A stretch of 64,000 nucleotides of DNA, from assembly GCA_051362555.1 (NCBI GenBank), contig CM120640.1:53794788-53858787 (forward strand), read 5' to 3'. This document shows, piece after piece, positions 1 through 11,000 of this stretch; position 1 is the stretch's first letter; every line of letters begins with the position of its first letter. The translations under genes were made by a program, and so were the position numbers. The notes beneath the pieces were generated by a model. The model saw only the letters and a list, made by a program, of their open reading frames with translations. It made no database searches and was not told the origin of the DNA. This stretch comes from Lingula anatina (Eukaryota; Animalia; Brachiopoda).

Positions 1-71
1 TGTTATGGAGGGTATTAAATTCTATTCTGGTCTTAGCAAACAGGTTGTAGAACTTAAGTGGTAGATATTAC

Positions 72-624
72 CTGCATCCGCACTCTCCACATTTTCCTTC
101 ATGACACCTTTTCTTTCCTGTTCACCACTTGACCTTTCATGGAAAAAGTAGCATCTGGATCCAAATCTGCACCGGCCAGTTCGTGCAAAGAACTTGCAGA
201 TTTTATGCCCCTCTGCATTTTCTTTAGTAACTTTGGGCTTCAATTTGTGGGGTTTCTCTGTCTCACTGAAGACCTCTACTACTTGGGCAGTTTCTAATTC
301 ACTTTGGTCAGTTCCTTCTGTGGCGTTGTCTATAGCTACCTCTTTCAAAGACTGGGAATCAACTTTTGAATCACTGCATTTTGCTCCAGTTGGGTCCTCT
401 TCATCAGAAAATGGCTGACTACCACGTGTATGCTGGAATTTGCAGCGTTTACCAAATTTACACCATCGTTTATTGGCATAAAACTGACAAATTGATATCG
501 GAGAAGGATCAGAAGCTTGGGACATAACAGAAACAATGCCACTCTTTTCCTGTTTTTGCACTAATTCCTGACGTGTGCTCATAAAACTATCTGTGAAAGT
601 GCTGGCGATACTGCTCAACTCCAC
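72..624 (-). CDS. Exon of a tandem CCCH (C3H1) zinc-finger protein; gene continues off the left edge
   Basis: Two C-x8-C-x5-C-x3-H motifs (CQFYANKRWCKFGKRCKFQH and CKFFARTGRCRFGSRCYFFH). GT donor at 71-70; AG acceptor just above 624 (alternative near 646). An upstream donor GTAAGT at 1038-1033 marks a likely first exon. LENG9-like identity is possible but cannot be confirmed here. Confidence 0.75.
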
Positions 625-1038
625 CTGGGCAATACTTGTAAAAGACCTAAAATACAAGTAAAATAAATAGTTGAAGCTTTCAAATATATGTCATGTGTCA
701 AATTAAACGTGCATCATGACTTAAAACTTAATAAAAACATGTAAATTTACAATGAGATATGTGTACATATCTTCTTTGCTAAATCTTTTCACTGATTTTC
801 ATTGAACAGACAAATTCTTATGCCACATTCCTCTCATATTGTGCCTTGATATCGTTTACCTATTCCTTTTTAATAACAGGCAAAGTAAAAGACAAATAAA
901 TTGAAACAATCGTTGCCTTTGATTAAAGAGACTTTCGATTCTTCAAATGTCTGGTAAAGAACTAAGCCTAGTATGTACTGCTGTTGAAAGTTTTGTACTT
1001 CCACAAAAGTGGAGTGGGTATGGTTAATCAAAACTTAC

Positions 1039-1375
1039 ACCTTTATAGACAAGCGCACTGAGATTGCACAAACGCTGCTCAGCTTACTTACTGTGGTGCA
1101 ATCACTTCAAAACCGGATGTGCCGTGCAACTCAGATATTTATCTTGCGGATATAATTCCGCCGCATTAAGTCACGCTTGCATAGAGTGGACAGATTTTAA
1201 TGGAGTAAATAACTGGTTGCATGGACTGTATGAAACACAAATGATATAATAATAATAATTTGTTCATGGCATAAAGAGGTTAAGCATCTTTGAAGAAGAA
1301 AAATTATAAAGGTGAAGGTCATTCTCAGAATATACATGTATCACTCCCCCCATATGCACGTTTCTGTCTAAAGTC
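1039..1375. promoter_or_regulatory. Putative bidirectional promoter / 5' UTR region between the CCCH gene (-) and EF-Tu (+)
   Basis: Divergent 5' ends lie within ~340 bp; locally more CpG than the flanking gene bodies. Inferred from geometry only. Confidence 0.5.
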
Positions 1376-4300
1376 ATGAGGTACGCACAGTTGCAGAAAC
1401 TCCTTGGTTATACACTGTCGAAATGCAGCCCCAGACTTCAGAGATACAACAGATTTACTGTAGTTCACTTCAGATGGTACAGTGATCAACCGGACGCAGC
1501 AAAACCTCACTTCAACATTGGTAAAAACATTAGTGCAGTAGATAACGTATTTTAAAGAAGCTTTAGATATACGCCTGTGCATCAGGGAAAAATCTGAAAA
1601 AATCAAACATAGTTTGCAATCTGAGCACTAAATATTTTTAAGAGCATGCCTGTAACATCAATATAAATATAGTTTATATAATTTTAGTGCTTTGGAAAGG
1701 AGCAGCCTTTATGACTCAAAAAGATCTTTACATATAAACCTTCCTTACAATTATGTACTGCTCTGATTAAAGGTGGAATTCATATACCATTACCAGATTT
1801 CTATCTACTAGGCATGCTATATTATATGAACATATGCACTTCTCAAGGCTACTGCTTCATTCTTGCTGTAAATATGACTTCCAAAGTTCTGTAGACAAAT
1901 ACACATTAATATAGTTAGTCATATAAACAATTATTGCAACTAGCATTGTGTGGATTAAAGATGGCATTGATAAATCATAACCAGACAAATCGGCAATATG
2001 CTTGCTATCTATCATTCATGGAGGCAAAACGTTTCTAAAGGTTTTTCTAACAGATACTACACATCTTTTATACCAACCAAAAAGACAACAGGGACAGTTT
2101 TCTTATAAGCCTTAAACAAAATAACATTATTTTATTTTAAGTGTTCTCTTTCTGTAGTCATCAATATGTGCACACAAACATCAAAGCTAGTCTTCGACGT
2201 TCTACCAGAGCAAGTTCTACACCCAACCCTTACACATAATTTCCATTTCCATGACCTCGTTTTATAGTGGCTGTTCTCGTAGCTCTCAGCCTCTTGCATT
2301 GGTTAGGTTTTTTCCCCTTTGAAGAGGATGGTTTGACATTCAGCCAGTGGTGGACAAAACCATTTGGCTTTTCATCTTGGATGCTTTCATGAATTTCATA
2401 AGGTATCTTTCTCTATGCTCTTGAGACTTTCTGGTCCAAGATATACTGTCCATGCCAAAAGAAAAGAAATGATTGTCCAGAGTGAATTCTCCTCTTCCAA
2501 TAATGGCCCTCTCAACATCTGTTTGCTGGCTCTCTACGATTTCATACAAACTCTTGATTAAAGCTGGGATGTCTTGTTGTCTCCACTGGGTTTTCATTTT
2601 GAGCACGTGATTAATTGCTTCACAGTTGTTGTTGGTCCAGGAAAATTTAGAGACCAATATCAGCCAAGAAGTGGCATATCCTCACTGTATATACTGATTG
2701 AAATATGGTAAAAATTCTGGGGCTTTATTCTCTGTTACCTTTTTGGTCATTTCTTGACGTGCCTCTTGGACTGGTAATGACGGTGCTGAAGTCAATCCAG
2801 AGGGTCCAAAAATAGTTGTAGTAATTTGTTGTCTGTCGAGCTCTCGACCCCAACTTTGTCCCGGAAGTGCATCATACAATTTTTGCTTCAAGTGTCTTTC
2901 ACATGATAACAACTTTGCCTCTTTGAAAGAAAATTTGGCAGCCTTTCTGATCGCATTTTCGTGGTCAGATCCAATGATTGGGGAGCTGGCTGATCCATCC
3001 AACTCCGTAGCCAATGTGTCCATAAACAAGGCGTACGTTTTCCAATCTGATGTACCATGGATCATGACTGGGCCTAGGAAGAGAGGTGGGTTGTCTGCTG
3101 AACGCCTAACCAGGGCCAGGTTTTTGTACACCGACCGTAGCCGTTACATGTAAATGTCCTAAATTAAATGTCTTGTCGATTCCAAGCACTGTACCATGTG
3201 TTGCTGGCCCAGCACAACAAAACCTCCTGAGATCTACAATCTGTTTTTCTGTATACAGAATAAATGTAGGACATTTATTTTTCTTGTGAATTATTTTCTT
3301 CAGAAAGGGGTGATGGTGAATTTGTCCATGGAGGTGGATTAAGTTGTCCGCCAGATTTTGTCCTCCGCTGCTGTCAGTAAGCCCCGAAATCTCCTTTGTC
3401 ACTTTGTGCACCTTATTCTGTACTTGTTTCAAGCTTGCTGGCCTCCTCAGCTCTTCATATATGCCCTCATATATTTCTTTAGGCTTGGAGGTCTTAGCTT
3501 TTGAGGCTGTTTCTTCTAATATGGTAGTGTTTGTTTTAACATAATGTTGAGCATTCGGATGGCTCGAGTTATCGTGAGGGGCAAGTCCTGGATACTGTCC
3601 GATATACTCCCAAGTAATTTATCAGGTCTGTTTTGGAGTATACTTATTCTTCTTTTGTAGTTAGAGTCCTTTTTAAGTGTCCGGTAGTTCCTTTGTTATG
3701 TTATTACTTGATTTGGTTGTTCGCCCAAAAGTTGCAATTTTCTCTTGTTTTTCACTTGGTTTTCAATGTAATATTGGTCATTCTTCAGCACTACCTGGCT
3801 CCATTTGCCATCTCTAAAGGCCATTCTTGTCAATGGCGAGGGACTTGGGTTCCACGCTCCACAATCATCAGAAAGGTCTTGTTTTTGTCCTGCCTGGATG
3901 CGTGCAACTTTACATCGGTTGTCTATGATAAACATTATATTTTCTTTCTTGCCTGGGGGTATTTCAGTGAGGGATGGTGATGAATCTGATGTCAGTAATG
4001 AAATGACTTCATCCACTGGTAAAAACTTCCCCTTGCGTAAAGCTGTCCCACCTATTGCTGTCCCCTCATCCTCCCATGACTGATCAACCTCCATAGTTTC
4101 ATTGGAATTTCTGTGGTCCATGGGTGAGTTTGCAGGCATGTGGTCACTGGTGGGCTCACTGACAAAGGTGTTGCAAGCCGACTTGAGATTTTGGGGTTCA
4201 GAAGTTGGTGAGTTTGCAGCCCTTGGTCACTGTCATCAAGTTGGTGTACTGCAGTTCACTTTCAGTGAGACTACTATTGAGGTCTACAATAACTGCTGGC

Positions 4301-7300
4301 TGTTGGATTAATTCTATGAGTGTGCTGAAGTGGTCTGGACGGAACTGATTTACTGTTTTGGGCACGCCTACACTTGTCCACGTGATGACCACTTCTGCAA
4401 TAGCAGACTGGGAACCTCCTCTACCTGTGATTTTCCTGGACAAAGGTGCTGTCACAAAGTTCTCATTCAGAACTGGTGGACAGTAGGACCTGATAAAAGA
4501 AAATGGAATAATGGTGTTCAGTGATAAATTAAAATCAATTTGGTTCTTCAATTAAATCTGAATGCAAAATTCAACATGAAAAACAGATTTCATGAAAATT
4601 TCTTATGATGTATGACAACCGAAAGGATGACCAAAAGATAACTGTAGGTTACCATTTGTACATGAAAATTAAATTGTGGAAAAGACCATTGTTTCCACAT
4701 CAGAATCTAGATGTAATGCATCAAAATCCACTGCAAAAAGTTTCTTTTTTCTGTAAAATACTAATAATTGAAAGTATTACCTGAGGGCCACCTTCAGTGC
4801 TGCACTTGCAGCATACGTGTGTCATCCCAGACCATTGGCCTGGCCTGCATGCTGCATACACCTCATTGTTGAAGCTATCTGCAACAGTGGCATATAGATG
4901 CCCTTTGTAGCGATGGGACTGTATGTCGTAGTTATCTCGGTGGGTGATTATCTCCAAAAAAAAAGTCAATTAAACATTTTCTGGTTCAGAAGTAAGTTTA
5001 TTTTTACTATGTAGAACTCAAATGCAATCTTAGAGAGGTTTGCTATGTGTACCTCAAGGTTTATTTCGGTCCATTTCTATCCATTTCCATGTATTGTAGG
5101 ACCGACAAATCTTTAACATTTGGGCACTTTTTAAGTATTCCACACATCATAAAACTGTATGATATTCAATATCTTTTCTAAATTAATTTATGTGGTGACT
5201 TTGAGCAATGTCCATGATACTCAATTAAATAAGTTTGGCAATACATTTTCTAATTTGAAAATTTTTTTGTAAAACTTGGAATGCCTTCCAAATATTACGA
5301 GAGCTGAGGTTATCGCTTGAGGTGAACATTTGCTGTAATCTCATCGGTCAAATAACTTGAAAGTTCATTTTAAAAAGATTTTTTAAAAAATAGGTTGGTA
5401 AATAATCAATCTAATTTATTTGAACAGCAGAGACATTGATCAAAGTCACCACATAACTTAATTTTGGTGAGCATTAGAGAGTTAAAGGTGGAAGTAAATC
5501 TTGACGGTATATTTACTGGCCAGGGTGTTGTCAGTAGGAGTATTATAGCTTCCATTGATTATCACTAGATTAGAAAATGTAGAGATAAGATACACACTTA
5601 AAAATGGATTGTGTACGCAGCTCCAGACTGAGGTTATAGGTAGACAATCACTATTATTTATTAACCATTGTGTATCAAAAAAACATAGATTGACTTGACT
5701 AGATTCTGTCAGTGTTTTTAATTTCTTGGAATTTTCAGGAATACTTGGAATACGTTTAATATCATTTGAAGATACCATCACCTTACTAGTATTTTAATTT
5801 GATTGCGAAATGTTCCTAATAACTTAATCTCTTATAAACAGGAACAATTGGCCATGTTGACCATGGTAAGACAACACTGTCTTCAGCAATAACCAAAGTT
5901 CTAGCAGAAGAGAAAGGTGGAGAACTAAACAAATATGTTGCATTTGATGACATAGACCGTGCAAAGGAAGAGAAGAGAAGAGGTGCAATAATTTTCTTGT
6001 TAAATGCTATGAAGTTAAAATGTTGTTTTATTTTTATTTATCAAGTGATTACACATGCAAACAAGGTTGTTTTTTTCTGAAAGCAAGTTTATAAAATAGT
6101 GGTAAAAATCATTTTATAAGTAATTTAATAATTTCCAATTGTTAGCCAATAATTTAAAATGAAGTTGCAGAAAAAAATGCTTTTTTTTACAAAAATAAAA
6201 CAAACAAATAACTTAAAGATGAAAGGGGGGGGGGGGCAGCATGCAATTTTGTTATGATCACTTTGTTTCAGAAGTTGAAAAACATCATTATAGGAAATCA
6301 CTTCTTTTAAAAATGATGTATTTTTTCAACTGAATATCTAATCTAGTAGTGGTTTATTTCTTTATGTATATAGGTATAACAATCAATGCTACCCGACTGG
6401 AGTTTGAAACAGAGAAGCATCATTATGCTCACACAGACTGCCCTGGCCACATGGACTACATCAAGAACATGATCACAGGCACATCTCAGATGGATGGGGC
6501 AATACTTGTGGTGGGGGCAGATGATGGTCCCATGCCGCAGACACAGGAACACCTGCTACTTGCCAGCCAGATAGGAGTAAAAAGTGTCGTAGTGTATATA
6601 AATAAAGCAGATTTGGTGGATCAGGAAATTTTAGAAGTGGTAGAATTGGAAGTGAGAGACCTACTAGAAATGAGAGGCTATGACTCCAAAAAAACACCTA
6701 TAGTTTTTGGCTCAGCTTTGTGTGCTTTACAAGGGACAGATCCTGAACTTGGGAGAGAGTCTATTTTAAAACTTATGGAGGCAGTAGACAATCACATCGA
6801 GACTCCTGTAAGAGACACAGAGAGTCCTTTCTTCATGCCTGTTCAGTCCTATATCAGTGTTCCTGGCAGAGGGACTGTAGTCATTGGCACAGTAAAAAGG
6901 GGCAAAGCCAAAAAAGGTGATGAAGTGGAGTTGGTGGGATTTGGTAAGTGCATGAGAACTAAAATGTCCGACATGCAGGTATTTCACAAACCTGTGGGTT
7001 TTTGTGCAGCAGGGGATCACTTAGGAGTGTTACTTCGTGGAGTCAAGCCTGAAACAATTACAAATGGGATGGTGGTTTCTGCCCCCAAATCTGTACAGAT
7101 GACTGACAACCTGGAGGCCAAAGTTTATGTTGTCACCAGGGCAGAGGGAGGTAGACGGCGACCAGTATTTGACGGGTACACAGAAGTTCTTCATTCAAGT
7201 AACTGGAACATGGCTTGCTGTGTTAAGTTGAAGGGAACTGATATGCTCATGCCAGGAGATACTGCGGATGTGAGAATCTTGCTCAAGTGCTCTATGGCGT

Positions 7301-7512
7301 TAGACTTGGGTTCAAAATTTCAGGTGCGGGAATCTCAGAAAAGCACCTCAATGACTGGCATAGTGACAGGGTTGTTAGAAGAGCCTGCTGAAGTTATCAA
7401 GGGTTTTAATTTCCAAGAACCAAAGGCTATAACAGTGGAGAGCGGGAATTGGTTGCAAACCAAAAAAGCTGTCAAAGCCAAACGAATGGCAACAAAAGGA
7501 AAAACAAAATAA
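1376..7512 (+). CDS. TUFM: Mitochondrial elongation factor Tu, EF-Tu2-like paralog; exons 1376-1520, 5842-5982, 6374-7512
   Basis: Exon 1 encodes an Arg-rich presequence [36 protein letters not shown] followed by ..KPHFNI. Exon 2 encodes [24 protein letters not shown]. Exon 3 encodes GITIN, DCPGH, NKAD and SAL motifs plus domains II/III. Both introns are phase-1 GT-AG and the frame is preserved. Confidence 0.93.
2250..4960 (-). mobile_element. Decayed Mutator-like (MULE) DDE transposase with an N-terminal vertnin/OTU-like region, antisense inside EF-Tu intron 1
   Basis: Frameshifted ORF series 3696-4139, 3106-3432, 2682-3131, 2340-2657 contains GIDKTFNLG (D1), [10 protein letters not shown] (D2), CERH (CxxH) and [14 protein letters not shown] (E), with a basic C-terminal tail [15 protein letters not shown] near 2260-2320. 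An upstream spliced segment (4781-4950 joined to <=4489) reads [30 protein letters not shown]...VITWT...FRPDHFSTL. Element termini were not identified. Confidence 0.75.
5180..5464. repeat. ~33 bp inverted repeat pair enclosing ~220 bp (MITE-like or transposon end remnant)
   Basis: AAATTAATTTATGTGGTGACTTTGAGCAATGTC (5180-5212) vs GACATTGATCAAAGTCACCACATAACTTAATTT (5432-5464), 2 mismatches. Confidence 0.6.
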
Positions 7513-8095
7513 TTGAGCAGCATTTGATTTGTAAATAAAGAAAAAAGCAAACTGAACATGTTTTTGAACAGTGTAATGCAAATAGTGAGCAAATTTGAAT
7601 TTTGACCTTTACCTTCACATATAATATTTGACAATTTCACCTTGTATATTTCAAGCAACAGAACATCTGTAAGAAGATAATGTAACTTGATGATGAAAGT
7701 GTATTTTTACTATGTCAAAATTTGAAGGCAAGACGAAAAATGTAACTTGTTATTAATTGATGTAATGGGTGACTAAATTACAATTAAATTATCTAAATTG
7801 AAGACAAAATGAGTGATAAGTTTCAAAAGAAGGTAAATATAAATAGTATAATACTATAAATTAAAAGTTATTAAATGTAAGGCCAGTTTTTCAATGTAAG
7901 TAACTGTTGGGCATAAATCCAACAATCTTTTTCTCTTCTAAAAAGATATGGCACAATCTTTAACTGGTTGATAATCTCATAATGTGAAAATGGCACTTGT
8001 TAGCTTTCATTTCTGTAGGCTTTTAATATTACTTGTGCAATAACTTGCTTAAGGAACTATGCCAGCAAAATGTCTTTTTTCCCTACTAGTTCTGG

Positions 8096-11000
8096 TCACC
8101 ATTTATATAATGCATCTTCCCTTTTTTCTTCCTCATCAAAATAGGGATTTTCGAAAAGCGCAGGACCACTAGAATGACGCCTAGTTTCCATAGCTTCCTG
8201 TAACACAGTTTCATCATCTCCTATAAAGGAGAAGTAACCTTTATTATTCTTTTTAATATAAAGCACACCACCTATTGCAGCCAGGAAGAGTCCTCCTGCC
8301 ACACCTAATGTGGCTCCTACTATAGCACCAACATTAGAGGGCTGGGGAGGATGTTTTGATGCAGCCTGTGTCCCATTGGTTCCTTCTTTATCTGGCAATG
8401 TTGTGTTTGGTTTCTGTGATGAAATACTTGCTGCTGTTGTTATCACTGATGTATTGAGTCCTGTGGACGACACTTTTTTTGTTGATGATGATGATGATAA
8501 CGAGAAGGTTTGAGGTTTAGAGGATGGCTTAGTAGTGGAGTCCGTGGTTGGTGCTGTCGAAGATGCTGTTGACTGGCTCGTTGTTGAGGATGATATAGTT
8601 GATGTTTTGGTAGTCATAACTGTTGACTGGCTTGGTGTTGAGGATGATATAGTTGATGTTTTGGTAGTCATAACTCTGATGGTTGTGCTTTTGAACTCTA
8701 AATAAGGCAAACGTGAATGTATAAGGATGGGCATACATCTGAAACTATGAAATTGAGCAAAAACAAATTGTCTTTTCTCAAGAATGCCTGGTTGTGAAAA
8801 ATATTAAATAAACTTGACTATGATTGTATGAGTACCAAATTCAACACTTCACTTATGGTCACAAGTGTTTCCACAAAAACGTTTTTTCTTCATTATATTG
8901 GACTTGCCTTGCATACATCTTGCTCCATAATATGGAAATTTGCACTGGCAGAAAAATTGATTTTTGCTCTCAGTACATATTCCTCGGCTGGGTCCCCCAC
9001 AAGAATCAGCCTTGCAATATTGAGGTTCTGCAAAAAAGATGCATATTTCAGTAAATTACAACTTGAATTCTTACAATGAAATTGAAAAATAAGTAGTATA
9101 TCAATCCAAGCATAAAATTTCATTTCAATGGTTCACTGTTTTGCTTTGACCAACAGATTGTAAGGAACTGAAAAGCTACTTTTCACACTAACATCTTGTT
9201 TCAGAGCTGATGGAAGCAGAATACCAAAATGACAGAATCTGAATCAAAGGTAGCAGAATACCAAAATGATAAAATTTGAACAAAAGGTAGAATCCAAAAA
9301 TAAAAGCTATTTTAACAGAAACAAAAAAATACTCACCAGTACACGTGCCAGTTTTCATCAACAAGTCATCGAGTGCCACCTGATCTCCTCCTGTGACACC
9401 CTCCACAACAATCTGGAAAAAACATGACAATGAAAATTTCATAAAAAATTCAGCTCAATGGCACTTTCAAATTCTGTACTAATATGGGCCCAAACAATGG
9501 TTTTATATTTAATAAAGTGAAAATTTTATTCAACTGTAAATAAATCAGCATAATACTCTTTTGCCTTAACAGCTTTGGAATGACTTAGAATTACAAAGTA
9601 TAAACAGCAGAACGATGTTTTTGTCCTACCTGAAACTGATTAGAGTCTCTACTCTTGATGTTCACCTCATTGTAATCCCACTGGTCAGGCTCCCCTTCTG
9701 AGAAGGACACTGACCACTCTGGATACATTGGAATAGGTCCCCCAGAAGGCTTCACATATATATTCAGCTCACTGAGCCCTATACTCTGCATATTCAAATA
9801 GAAAGTCAAGCAGAGAGACCCTTGAAAGGCAACAACTGGAGAGAGCAACCTGGCACTGTCACCTGCAGCTCTAGATGTGTTGATGTAGATGTATTTCCCT
9901 ATTAAATAAGTTATATAAATATAATAACACTGTTGGAAGTTATTAACATGCCGTTTGTTTTTTATGAAAAGCAACCACGAGTGTGGATAACAATAAACCA
10001 AGTTAAGAATAAGAACAATTAATATATTTAAACAAGAAGAAAAATAAGAGAGCCTTAAAAACAAATGCAACCAAAGATATGCACAAAAAGCATTCAAGAA
10101 ATATATATTTTTTTACTAATACCTGATCCAGAAGTGTGATCCTTGTTAGGTACCTCATCTTTGTCACCTGATGACATTGACCAATCAAAATTATCAGCTT
10201 TGTCTTGTGTGAAGTCACACCAAGTGTTGTCAAAGTTACAGTACAGCATGGCACCACCTGGAACACTAGATGTGATTTGAGGTACTAGGGGGCTCGTTAC
10301 AGTACTACTAGCCCTGGCTGTTGTCACAATTGTAGTTGTATCAGGAATTACTGAAAGACAAGATGTGGTACATGCAAAGGTGCTATGGAGTGTAAAAATA
10401 AAACCAAATGTGACCAAACCACAAATTTTCCTTCTGCTGTGGAGAGTTTTCTCTTGTATCTGTACTGACACATGCTTTTCTTGCATAAAACCCATTACAA
10501 CCTATGCATCTGTACATCAATGAAAAGTGATCAATTAATTAAATGTCTGATGTCTCTTTCTAAAACATTTTCAAATGAAAAATATTTCTGTTTTAAAGAA
10601 AGATCTTTTTTACTTCTTCCGCAGTTGATTCCAATATATCCCAGTGTGCATTCGCAAACGTATAACTCTGTACTTTCTATACAGGTGGCACCATTGAGGC
10701 AGGGGTTGCTGTCACAGGGACTTGGAACTGACAAAATAAAATGTTAGGTATTTTATGAAGAGTTTAATCTTGACGAGCTTGTTTACACAATACTTTAATT
10801 ACTGAGTGGTGGTAAAGTGACTGTAACTAAACCAGTAAGTAATGAGATTTTGATTCTGTGACCCGACCTGATGCAATCACAAGCCTGACTACAATTAGCT
10901 TAGAGGTGGTCTAAACACACAAGGTGAATATATTCAGGTAAATACCATCATGGCTAAATCAGCAAGGAGTCCAAAAATAGATTTAGAAGATTGGTTTTTT

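Noticed and set aside
6349-7512. EF-Tu as bacterial contamination or horizontal transfer
   Set aside because: It has spliceosomal introns and a mitochondrial presequence exon.
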